A stretch of 64,000 nt of DNA. It comes from Mytilus trossulus. Taxonomy: Eukaryota. Positions 1 to 11,978 of the stretch are shown one piece after another (position 1 is the first letter of the stretch; the number at the start of each line of letters is the position of its first letter). Position numbers and translations under genes: made by a program. The stretch spans positions 21,638,001 to 21,702,000 of the forward strand of contig NC_086380.1 of the NCBI RefSeq assembly GCF_036588685.1, read 5' to 3'. The notes under the pieces were generated by a model, which did not search any database, had not been told where the DNA came from, and saw nothing but the letters and a program-made list of their open reading frames with translations.

Positions 1-2
1 AA

Positions 3-203
3 CAACGTGAACGGTCTAAATTTAGAGACAATGGTGCAGCTGTAGCACCAACACTAAGCGAAACAAGTAAAACTTACACAAGTAATTTCTTAAGCAAATA
101 CTTTCTATATCCAATTGGTGTAGTAGAGATAACTGATTTAAATATCCCAGCAGGAATGCTACTTATTGAGCTAGAAGTACACATCCGAGCATTAGCACAA
201 TAA
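3..203 (+). CDS. possible terminal coding exon of an upstream gene, truncated by the window edge
   Basis: 66 stop-free codons from the window start (QRERSKFRDNGAAVAPTLSETSKTY...LEVHIRALAQ*) in very AT-rich DNA; no recognisable domain. Confidence 0.25.
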   Translation, partial: QRERSKFRDNGAAVAPTLSETSKTYTSNFLSKYFLYPIGVVEITDLNIPAGMLLIELEVHIRALAQ

Positions 204-613
204 CATTACCAAGAACATCAATATAGTAATGAATCAAAACATGTTTTACAAAGAGTTATGCAGTGTTAAATATAAAATGTATACAACTCAAAACATTGAC
301 TTTTAATTTTGACAGCATATAAGTTATTATTTACAGAACAGACAGTCATTGAAATACAAATACACCAGGTATGGTGTTCTAAACATCGCCCTTAATGAAT
401 TTGAGGTAAAAGGCTATTTATTAAATTTACTAATGATCAGATAAAACAGACATGTAGATTCAGAATGCTTTCGACTTAGTTTCTAACATGTCTAATGTAG
501 TATAAGATCATTCAAAAACGTTCTAAGTAACTATAACAACTTTTATAATAAACTAATAACGAAAATCATTGCTGCATTATTAATATCATGCCATACAAAA
601 AAGTCAAACTAGA

Positions 614-1563
614 AGCCTCGGTCACACCTTACCGGATATATAGCACGATCGGACGCATAACGGATGAAAATATAAGTTGTCCGTTGACAAAATGATTATC
701 CGTTGGAAGTCCGTTATGTACTGAACGAATAAAACGGACGCGTAACGAATGCATAACGGACACACAACGGATATGCAACGTGCGAGAAACGGAAACGTAA
801 CGAGCAGAACGGATGTGGAACGTACATCTAACGGACGATTACCGCATAAAACCGATAAACAAGATATACGGAAAAATTAAAGGCAACAATTATAATAGAT
901 GTAAATCGAAAATAAATTCAAAATGTTTCTGTGTAACTGGTTTTGGTTTGTTCTTCAAAATGTCGTCAATGGGCAGTGTCTGGCCTGAATAAGAGCTGCT
1001 TGATTGTGAAGACGTGCCCTTACTTTAAAATCTATTATGAATAATAAGAATTCATGAACCTTAAAACATCTAATTGGCATTTCTGACGCGAATTTTTTTA
1101 TTGGCATTTGTCCGTTTCAGATCCGTTCATCATCCGTTTTATCCGTTATACGTCCGGTAGAAGTCCGTTTCATATTCGTTCAACATCCGTTTTATCCGTT
1201 AGACGTCCGTTAGAAGTCCGTTGCTGAATTCATATGCCAGACCTCCAACGGATGTATAACGGACACGTAACGGATGCAAAACGGAAACGAGACGGACGAG
1301 TACCTTACAAAACGGACGCCTATTGGACGTTCAACGGAAATTCTATCCCGTGGGACGTCCGTTCAAAGTTTTGAACATGCTCAAAATTGTACATCGGACA
1401 AAACGGACGTCGTCGGATAAAACTTACGCTTAACGGACATGCAACGGATATGGTTGGACGTCTAACGGATAAAAACGGACGTCTAACGGACATGAACGGA
1501 TAGAAAAAAAAAGTTATCCGTTAGGCATCCGTTCGAGCTATCCGTTAAGGTGTGACCGAGGCT
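614..1563. mobile_element. non-autonomous TIR DNA transposon (MITE), PIF/Harbinger-like, with dense internal AACGGA/TCCGTT motifs
   Basis: TIR AGCCTCGGTCACACCTTA at 614 and TAAGGTGTGACCGAGGCT ending at 1563; dozens of AACGGA motifs in both orientations; no ORF; no clean TSD. Confidence 0.8.
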
Positions 1564-1597
1564 ATAGAAAAAAATAATCTCACTGAAATGAAATTCA

Positions 1598-4500
1598 TCA
1601 TACAACTTTTGCGTAAAACTTTTTGGACATATCAATAGAAGTTTTATAGTCGTATAATGGTTTGTATCCCAGTAACGTGTTGGCTTTATCGTAAGTGACG
1701 TAACACGTGGTGTTCAGAAACGAAATACTTCCGGTTGTGAATCCTAAATTTACTAAATCTACGGGTGTAAAAAATCGTATGACATAAAATACACAATAAA
1801 CAATAAACACAAATGACATTATAAACCAGTATGGTACATGCCATGATGAAGTTTTTACATTAAACTGGTCAAAGAAAGGTCTGATGGTTTCTGGAAATAT
1901 GTTTGGTGGTGTATCGTCTGCTGCAAAAAAGTATTCGCCTCCTACTTCTGGGTTCCGTTGAATTGCTTCCATTGCTTTAATAAACATATAAGCACAGTTA
2001 CCAGCATAACTGTAATGCACACGTGCTGTCATTGGTCCAATCAGAGTGTACGTTTTATCTTTGAAAGGTTGAACACTTGGTGTAATATTGTGGTAGTCCA
2101 GTTCACCATATAGTGGAAGTGGGAGAATGGCTAATGTTCTTAAAGACTTTCCTAAATAAATAAACAAAACCATGACCAATTAATTCATAATCAAATTAAA
2201 TATTTGCACTTGCAATGATGTTGTTATTGAAGTAAGGTGAAAACACAACTTTTACAGAAACCTCATAATTTGCTTGGTTTTGACTGAACACATCTTATAA
2301 TGAGAAAAGGCATGTTTTGATAAGTATGTCGTAATGTTATAATTTGTATTATGTTTTTATAATGGACTGCTATAGTGTCAGAAAAGATTTTGCTGATCAA
2401 TAGAATAGCAGGTTGTGTGTTTCATGAAAATGTATATCGTTTATGTAATCTATTACTGGTGTAACACTGTAGATGTACGTTTGCTGTATTAGTATTTTAT
2501 AAAACAAACTTTATTAGAAAATATAACATTTGTTTTTTTTTTCTTCTTCTAAAACTTAGGATCTAACTACAGTTTGTACTTGATACACATGGGCTTTCAA
2601 TAACACTAAAACCTCGTCTGACCCACCAAACAAGCCCCTGTGCTTGATGTTTCCAAATTACCTCGAACGTTTGGTACTAATGTTTTAGATTTTAAGTTCC
2701 CTAACGTATCAAATGAATGTTTTTAATTTTTTATTTTGTCATAAATTGAATTCTCTTGCTGAAGGTTGAAGTGTTGTTAAGCACATCATCATATGCAGGA
2801 AACTGTTTTTATTGGTAATAATGTAAATTCCCAAGTTAAAGACAAGCAATAGCGTCCACTCAAAATTGGTATTTTGTATAAGGTATGTATTTATCTTAAA
2901 TGAGTAATTTGTCGACTGGATGCTACAAACACATTTTACAAGTATGAATTACCGTTGTTTAGTTTTCTCCCATTTGCTCCTAATACCATTTTCTGGGCTT
3001 TTGACTTTGTCTTAGCATATGCTCCGAAGTACAAGTTAGTCTGTGGTTGCACTGAAGTCTCAGTTCCCGCCTTTATTTCCCGTGGACCATAGAATATGCT
3101 AAGAGAGCTGCAGTAGATTAGGTATGGTACATTTTTGTCCTTACATGCCTTCAGAATAGTTTCAGTTCCTTCAAATAAAATGTGAAAATTACAGTAAGAT
3201 TTAGTACATTTTAAAGATATTTATTTCTATGCAGTTTTGACTGCATTTTTCAAGGAGGTCGAATCGTTGTAACTGACTTCAACCATTATATATTAACTGT
3301 ACAGTTGCGCGATTTGAGCAAGGAATATGGGCCAGAGGTGCCCACTAAAATATAAGGGGCATCATGAAGTTCAAAAATATAATAATGTACTAATAACATA
3401 AATTTTGGCTGATAAGGAGTACACATTCGCTCTTCCCATGGTTGTCTCCCATGCTGCTTAAAAACATTCTAGTTACTTAACCGACTCGGGGGGTCTCATG
3501 GTAGCGTGTTCATTTCAAGTACGGAAGGTTATAGGTTCTAATCCAGACGTCTCAAACGAAAGGCTTAAACATTGTTTTTTTCTGCTTCACCGCTAAACAA
3601 ACGACATACAGGAGCAAAGGCTAGTCGGATCGAAGTCGGAACACTGCACAAGGAATATAACCAGAATAAAGGTAAGATTGCTTTCAACCTCTCGAACAAG
3701 TACGTTGAATATCCGGCTCAGCGTATCGGTCTAGTACGAAGCAGGGTTAATATTTCATGAACATTTTTAGTCCCGGTTGAACATTTAGTAAAGATGTTTT
3801 TTAATGCATGTTTATTTCTTATAAAGTTTTACGGAACTAATTAACGGTTATAGAACATTCCCTATTCCAAGTGTAATTTCCTTTGCATTACATATTTATA
3901 CTAGGATAACTGCAGCCGTGTAGATTCGAATATTTTTTTTTAAATTTGACTTGTTTAACCCGCCACTTTATTTATGTATGTGTTTGTCCCAAGCCAGGAG
4001 CCTGTAATTCAGTGTTTTTTCGTTTGTTTATGTGTTACATATTTGTTTTTCGTTAAATTTTTTTATATAAATAAGGCCGTTACTTTTCTCTTTTGAATTG
4101 TTTTACATTGTCATATCGGGTCTTATATAGCTGACTATACAGTATGGCTTTGCTCATTGTTGAAGGTCGTACGGTGACCTACAGTTGTTACTGTCTGTGT
4201 CATTTTGGTCTCTTGTGGACAGTTGTCTCATTGGCAATCATACCACATCTTTCTTTTTCATATTGAGTACAATACCGAGAATTATACTCAATTTGTACAT
4301 GTTCTCGTTTAAAATGTTTTGTCATTTCGGGGCATTTCAAAGCTGACATGCTATATGGATTTTGTTCATTGTGAAAGGGCACGAGATGTCTCATAGACAA
4401 TCATACAACAACTTCTTATTTCATATATGTATGGTGACTTGTTATCTTGACTGCTGTGCCATTTGGTCTTTTGTAAAGCTTTGTTTCATTTGCATACTAA

Positions 4501-6921
4501 CACATCTTCTAATTTTTATACCAAACTCAGTACTTTTTTTTTCTTTTACCATTTTTTTTTTTAAACTGAAAAATAATTTCGCGGCATTATTTTTGTCTTT
4601 TCACTATTACCTGTGACATTAACCTCATGTAAAGTCTTATGATTAGGAAATAACCGCCAGTCTATCAGCGATGCAATATGAAGAACAACATCCACGCCAT
4701 CACATGCTTCATTGACCACTGATTGGTCAGTGATACTTCCAACAAACGTTTTCATTGGTTTACTTATTTCAAAATCTGAAACAGACATGTACAAGAAGTG
4801 AATCAACGAATGTAGGAACATTATATATTTATGCACGAAACATTGATGCTTTACATTCTTTTGTTAATCTTCATTAGATTTATTCCAGTCACCAATCAAC
4901 ATTATTAGGACTTTTATACATAAAGATTATCTAATATATTTTGGGTGCGCCTCAATTAGCCAAATTAAAGGAGGTTAAAGCGATATTAAAGACAGGCGAT
5001 ATATACGTCCAAAAGGATAGTCAAACACTTATGTCGAAATAAACTAACGAGGCCATGTCTAAAAAAGAATAAGACTAACAGACAAAACCAATAGAACACA
5101 AAACACAACATAAAAATAAGTAAGACTGAGCAACATGAGTTCAACCAAAAACATGATCTAAGATGCTCAAGAAAAGAAAACAACTAGAATATTCTTTTTG
5201 TTTTTCTGTTTTCAAAATGTGTACAGTTTTTTTCTCCGCATTACAACAGACGGTCAGTTTGCGACATTTTGACATTAAATGTGAAGGACAGCTATTGATA
5301 GTAGAAATGATGATAGGATGCAATGGTATCAGAAGGTAAACTACTTTTGTAACTGCGAGCATAATATATGGTACGGCAGTGTGGGTTATTTAAGAAATAA
5401 TTAATTGGGGACTAGAATTGATATTGATTTCAACACGGGCTAGCCCTTTATGCTAAAGGTTTCTCGTTCCTTGCTAAAGTGTGGTTTAGTAGATTATGCC
5501 GGATGTACAAATACGCAGAAACGTACGTTCGTAATGGAGATATTTAATCCGAAGTTTCATGAAATAGGTTGATTACCACGCTCTCTGCAATATTTGTTTA
5601 ACAACTCCTAGGGTGGGGCTTAAGTGGCCTATTGTAAGACAAAATTTATCTTTCTCTTTCAGCTTCTAATCAGTGCTCGGAAAGACCTTATCGGTACCAG
5701 AAACCCAGTAGAAATATAACCGGAAGAAAAGTGACTTTCGGAACTTTTACAATAATTTGGCAAACTCCATACAGCGGTTATCGTTCTGGACATACTTCTC
5801 TTTCTCTGTAAAGAAGCGCGTAGCCAGATGTCACCACTGTTTCGGAGTTTGGCAAAGTGCTTTATATGAACTCTCGTTTAGAATTGAATATTTTTATGAA
5901 CTCTCGTTTTAAATTGAATATTTCACGTTTTAGTTTTAAGTTGAATATTTCTTGCTTTTAACGTTTCTTTATTCTTAAACATAAAATTCCTTTTTTTGAA
6001 ATACCCAAAGAAATTATAGCATGATTTACTATTTTACAGCTTAATCTTATGGCTGTCGCGAAACTTACACTCAACCGTTCAAAAGAAGCAATTATCGCTA
6101 TTTTGCTAAGTTAATCCGGAGGACAATAGTCTGTTTATTAATTTATTATTACATAAGATTAGACAATGAAAGATATATTTCATGAGAACCTTTTATAAAT
6201 TTTGTAAGGTCCTTTTTTTGGGATTAATGATTTTTTGTATGTTTTGTAAACTGTTGCTGGGGCAGTCTTCCCCTAGCTTTCAAGCTGTAAACTTGTGTTA
6301 ATAAATTTGTATGCATTGTATACGGTCTTGCGTTTAAAGCAACCAGTGTAGATTATAGATCAAAAGACATTAATGTAACCCGTGTCGAAATTCACAGAGT
6401 TATACCGAAATTTACGGGGTTATAAACACTTCGATGAACCTTCATGTCTATCTTGTATTAAATTGGGTTGCTGCCACCTTTACCCTTATCTACCCTATAT
6501 TTGCCATCTATGTCAAATCAAGGAGGTTATATGTCAGAGATAAACTCCTTGGTCAGATGAACTCAATGATATACCCCATATCCCCTTATAATCATAAGTT
6601 CTGTTGAAAATCGAAGAAAACATGAGTTTGATATTTGTCATGTGTAAATCGTATGTTATAAGTTTCAAGTTGAACAAACCAAATATTAAAGAGACCCTGC
6701 ATTTCTAAGATAAATCACATGTAACTTTTAATGTTCATGATGCATTTGTCAAAGGAATTATGAAATATAAGTTATGAGGCCATACCTAATTTTTGTTCGT
6801 ATTTCACAACATCTAAAATACGAATTTCTTTGACATCCGTTCCCAGTAGGTGTAAATGTTTGATAATATGTTGTCCTAAACATCCGCTCCCACCAGTTAC
6901 CAAGACAACACCACTAGCCAT
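1598..6921 (-). CDS. 3-beta-hydroxysteroid dehydrogenase/isomerase-like extended SDR, paralogue 1 (356 aa); complement(join(1598..2151,2953..3168,4611..4775,6786..6921))
   Basis: Four GT-AG exons (136/165/216/554 nt, all phase-1 introns) join to 1071 nt. Motifs: VLVTGGSGCLG (Rossmann), ILD, VLHIAS, EVNVTGT, YCSS, catalytic YAKTK; C-terminal hydrophobic segment. Confidence 0.9.
3480..3760 (+). mobile_element. degraded tRNA-derived SINE (Meta-domain-like)
   Basis: A/B-box-like head (TGGTAGCGTG...GGTTCTAATCC) followed by TGCTTCACCGCTAA...GGAGCAAAGGCTAG, resembling molluscan SINE central domains (recalled, not searched). Confidence 0.4.
3945..4260 (-). repeat. high-copy interspersed repeat, family 1 (AAGATGTGGTATGATTGCCAATGAGACAAC...)
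   Basis: The same sequence recurs at about 9455, 9705, 22960, 25310 (-) and 40400 in this window. Confidence 0.75.
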
Positions 6922-9454
6922 CTTTCTTCAGTCTGCTGATTCGCATAATAAAGATTGGGAAAATTTTAACATGTTTAACACAATTTTCTTTTTAAAACGT
7001 GAACTTACATAATAATTATATATAGGCCTATAGCTACTAGCTTGAATCAGAATAACATAAGGGTTCAATGGCCATCTTTTTATTAAAAAAAATTAAGTGT
7101 TTCTCGTCATGCTCGTCTCATTTACGTATTTTCCAAATTCTACTATTATTATAATAATAATTGTTTTTATAAATTCTCAATGATGAATAATCTATTCAAC
7201 CATCATGCTAGATATATTTATATAAAAGAAACTCGGTTCAACAATATCATGAATATGTAAGAAAAACAGGAAGTTAAAAAATAGTTTACATTCTTACCTT
7301 TAATTTGTTATGTATGATATTTTAAAAAGTAGCTTAGTACTATTAAACTAGTGAACTAGTTATAACCCACGTGACCTTGTGTTATCACATTTATCGACAT
7401 TTATCACCCATTGATACTATTTAAATAACAAATGATTAAAGTCCCGGTTGAAATCTTTACAAACTGCGATAGGATTAAATCATTTTCTATAATCATTAAT
7501 TTTGTAACTTATAACTAAAATTGAGATTGGAAAGTTAGTATATATATGATATTATTCATTAATTTGAAGTTTATTAATAAATATCGTCTTTTTCACCTGC
7601 AGTATCCTTGAATGATATGTCTAGAACATGTAGACGGACGCAAATTGCTAGTAATAAAACTTCAGATTTAAAAAAAAAAAAAAGTTATTTGAGTATTAAA
7701 AAAGCAGATATATTTTTCTCAGCAAAAATATCCATTAATGTGGCTAATTTTATAAGGATTCGGTGATTCCTTGTTCTGAAAAAAAAACCAAACTAAATTA
7801 TCAAAATTTACATGAATATATAGCAACCGGTGTTAACCATGGCCAATTATATTGATTTTGATTTCAGTTATGGCAAACCTTTTGTTTATGTATTTTGGTA
7901 CACTTTAACTTTTTCAATTTAACATTATCATGGAGTTATTTATCTGAAAATAAAAATCAGTTTATTTTGAGTTCTCGTTCCTATACATCTTGAAAGACGA
8001 GTTGAGTGTGTGTTTTTTTCAGTTCAGTGCGTGTTGCAAAGTTTTCAGTTTACCACGTTTTCCTTGTTTTTGTTTTTTCCCGTAATATTTGCATTTTCTC
8101 TTCGACTTACGATTTTGTATCTCCCCTTTGGTATCTCCTAAGTATGGCACCATCAATGGAGTTGGGATGACATATTGTTATTCTACGTTTCTTTTTTTCT
8201 TCTTCTTATTTTTTCTCCCACTTTTCTTGTCCAGCTTATATTAGTACAACTGTTATCTGTAAGAAATGTCAAAGAGCTAAACAACCTAGGAAAATATTTA
8301 TTTTCTGCAGAAAAAGCACGTAATGGTTAATTATTCAAATGTTTATTTTCAGTTTAATATGTCTATATGTCATACTCCGCTTAATTCTTTCATTGATTTG
8401 TATAATTCGTGTATAAATGTTATATTATGCTGTATATTATCTATTGGATATTTATATTGTGTAAATCCAATAAGCTGTATTTGCTTACGGAAATAAAGTA
8501 TTAATAGAGATTTCCAATAAAATGACTTTACTCGACCTAACCGACCTAACTCAACGTATGTCGTCCTATTGCATTGAAGCATGACGGAGGGGAGCATACA
8601 CTGCATGCATGTTTTACTTTGTTGCTGGAATATGCCTTCAGTAAAATTCAACCCCAACTATTTTTGTTTACTCTTTAAATATTTTGTCATTAAACTTGAA
8701 TGATTTTATTGACATAAATACTATAATGGAACAAGTAAATTAGCAACTTGTAATCAAACACACCCATCATTTCTTGTCATTTCACTTGACCCATATTTTA
8801 GTTCTTCTCACATTATGAATTTTAAAAACTACCAAGACGACATTTAGCATACTAATATTAAAATAACGAATTCCGAAGCGAGAAGGTTGCCTCTTTATTG
8901 TTTTAAAAAGATTTAACGTTTAAAGTAAATTCCAACACACCCGAATGTAAAAGGTGTCCTCGACTTTTAAAACAAAATAATATTTTTCTATAATTTAATT
9001 GAAGATAATTTGATGTGGGCAGAAATTCATATCAATGATATATTTTTCAAAAGTACTTTCTCGTCTTTACCTATACCAATTTAAGGGGCGTGGCTTTTGT
9101 TTAAGTATACATAAACTTGCATCCGAGGATACAGGGGTAGTGGGCGTACTCCCCCTTTTCGATCGCTAAATAAGTTTTAAAATCTCATGTTTTCCACAAT
9201 ATCATTTTAGCGTATAATTGTCCAAATTCTTTTTTGCATCGCTTCGCTCGTCAGTCACCCTCTTTCAAATATCTTGGATCCGGCCATTATCACGAACTGT
9301 ATTGCACGAAAAAAAACGTAAATGATTGTCGTTTGACTTTGATAAATACTTTAAAAAACAACAATGTCTGAAAATTAGGCATCTCGTATGTGATTTAAAA
9401 GTTTAAGACTACGAACTGTATTAGTCTTTTTTCCCGTGATTTAGTATATATAAA

Positions 9455-9960
9455 AAAAAAGATGTGGTATGACTGCCAATGAGACAACTACCCACAAAAG
9501 ACCAAATTGACACAAACATTAACAACTATAGGTCACCACACGGCCTTCAACCATGAGCAAAGCCCATACCGCTCACTGAATACAGAAATATGATACTGAC
9601 GTGTAATCTAATGGACACATGGGCACTATTTAAAATCTGCTATACAATTTTGACCACTAACGGTATCTTTTTATTCTTAATTTTTGATTTATACAAAAAT
9701 CAAGGTGTGGTATGATTTTCAATGAGACAACTCTTCAAAAGAGAACAAATGACAGAAATTTTAACAACTATAGTCCAACGAAGGGGTTTCAACAATGAGC
9801 AAAGCTTATACAGCATAGTCAGCTATAAGAGGCTCCAAAATGACAAATGTAAAACAACAAAAACTAACAGGGAAATTAATCTTAACAAAAAAAATCAACG
9901 AAAACACAACAACAAACGATAAGCACTGAATTAAAATGTTCTGACTTGGAACAGTCACAT
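9455..9960 (+). repeat. two copies of interspersed repeat family 1
   Basis: GATGTGGTATGA...CAATGAGACAACT...CTTCAAC(C/A)ATGAGCAAAGC at about 9460 and about 9705. Confidence 0.7.
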
Positions 9961-11738
9961 CCGTACTAGGACAATGGTGTAACAGTACGAAATCAAAATT
10001 ATAAACGGGATAATCATTTTTTATTTATTAGTTGTAGTTGTTTTAAAGATAGTGTTCAGTAGCTGTGGATACTATCATTTCGGTAAATGGAGCTTACTAA
10101 TATTTGGAAGTACTAGCTGTTTTTATGCTTCGTTTCAGTCTCACGAGTCAATCCCTATCTATCTGTTTAATTGTGATCATGATCATTTGATAAACATACT
10201 TCTATGATTGGCTATAACTTGGATATTTATAAAAACTATGTATCATAGATATGCATGCGTAAAATAAGTTCTCGACATAAACCGGCTGAAATATAAAACA
10301 AGAATTAAACCTCACGTTATATATATACTTACGACGAAGAAGCCTCAAGCTATATATAATACATGTACTTACGACGAAGATTATGCCTCAAGCTATAGCA
10401 CTTATGATGATGATGATACTGATGTATGTCTTATATCCAGCAACAAATATTACATATATATTGAGGATGATGAAAATTAATTATAATGATAAATACATAT
10501 ACCTTTTTAAACATGCCCGACAATTAAGAGTAGCATTTTCATATGCTAGGTAACAAGAGAGCGTAACCACTATAAAGAAACACTTGTCTTTCTACGAGTA
10601 AACCAATACCTGCTCTTGCTCGTGAATGCATCATGCTTGTTGGAGAAGCCGAAAAATGCAGTCTTAAAGTCATTCGATCAGGGAGTCCAACATAATAATT
10701 GAATTTGTATTCGGGGCTAGCTTGCTACATGTACCAGTCAATTCCATATACAAGTATATAATTATGAATATAAAATGTGTTTTTATTTTCCAGTCGTGTA
10801 ACACCTTCACTGGTGATCCTGTCATTGGATCTGTCGCATAGTTGTCACTTTTATATATATATACCTCCAAAGCGAGACAAAAGTTGAAACTTATTTTTTT
10901 TTGCTAACTCAATCAATATATTCGATAGCTTTAGAATCTACTTCTAATTGAATAAATACGAGTAAAAGAAAATTCCCGTAAAGACTGAAGTGACATTATA
11001 GTTGTCTCAAAAATGTGACAACTATGTAAATTGACATTCTCATCCACTTTTAATTAGAAATACTTGGGGACAGGATATTTTTTAGCAAATTACTATAATA
11101 AGTTGATAGTTTACTATCCACAGTGGTCAATGCAGGTTATCAGTCATCAATTGATAATCAAGTACACCTTCTAAATTACAATCTAACGAATTGGTGTACA
11201 CATTTATTTACACGCATTATTATCAACTACATTTTTCCTTTTATAATGTTCGTTGACTTTCATTTGAAAGAAAAGAATACGTCAACTACTTAAATTTAAA
11301 GAAGTACATGACCTGTAATATATTTTTTTTAATATTCACTTCCCGTTGACGTACATTTTCCCTGTTGAATTTGTTTTTAGCAGATTGTAAATTGAGGAGA
11401 TTAAGTGCAGAGGGAGAGAACGTTTGAAATGATACTTAATAAAGTATGATGCAATCCCAGTTTTCAACTTTAACTGAGACACGTTCTGATTAACATTTTG
11501 AGCTCATTTTTTTCTGAAATTACGACAAAATCTATATAAATTAATACCCACGGAAATTAAATATTGTAAAACATAAAAAATCAAAAAGAAGAATCTATCT
11601 GATAACGACAAACAAAATCAATACAATTAAAATATCAAATAATAGGTTCATTAAATTTTATAATTTTATCTGAAAATCAAAGTCATTGTGAAAACCATGA
11701 AAGACAACTCCAATGAATCGTATGATAGGTAAAGATAT

Positions 11739-11977
11739 ATGTATTTTCCCGCGTTTCGGAGTATAGCGGGAAAATGTTGTCTAAAAGGAACGTTTTTATA
11801 AGAACGGTATATATATTTTTTTTTTGGCGGGTTTTGTTATGTGTAGTTGTACACGTGGATACGTGGACCAATCATTTGGATTGTTTCAATAAGTATTCTT
11901 ATGTTAATGAGGTGAAAGCGGGTTTTAAATGTTCTTGGGTTTGAAAATCATTCTAGCCGCAGACGTTCAACACTAAA
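11739..11977 (+). repeat. split direct repeat A1
   Basis: Matches 15815-16002 except for a ~47-nt segment and T-tract length; ends immediately before the gag ATG. Confidence 0.9.
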
Positions 11978-11978
11978 C

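Noticed and set aside
8370-8657. Paired similar ORFs 8370-8657 (-) and 17699-17986 (+) as a duplicated gene
   Set aside because: The similarity is only the shared terminus of the two inverted TIR elements and stops at the TIR boundary.
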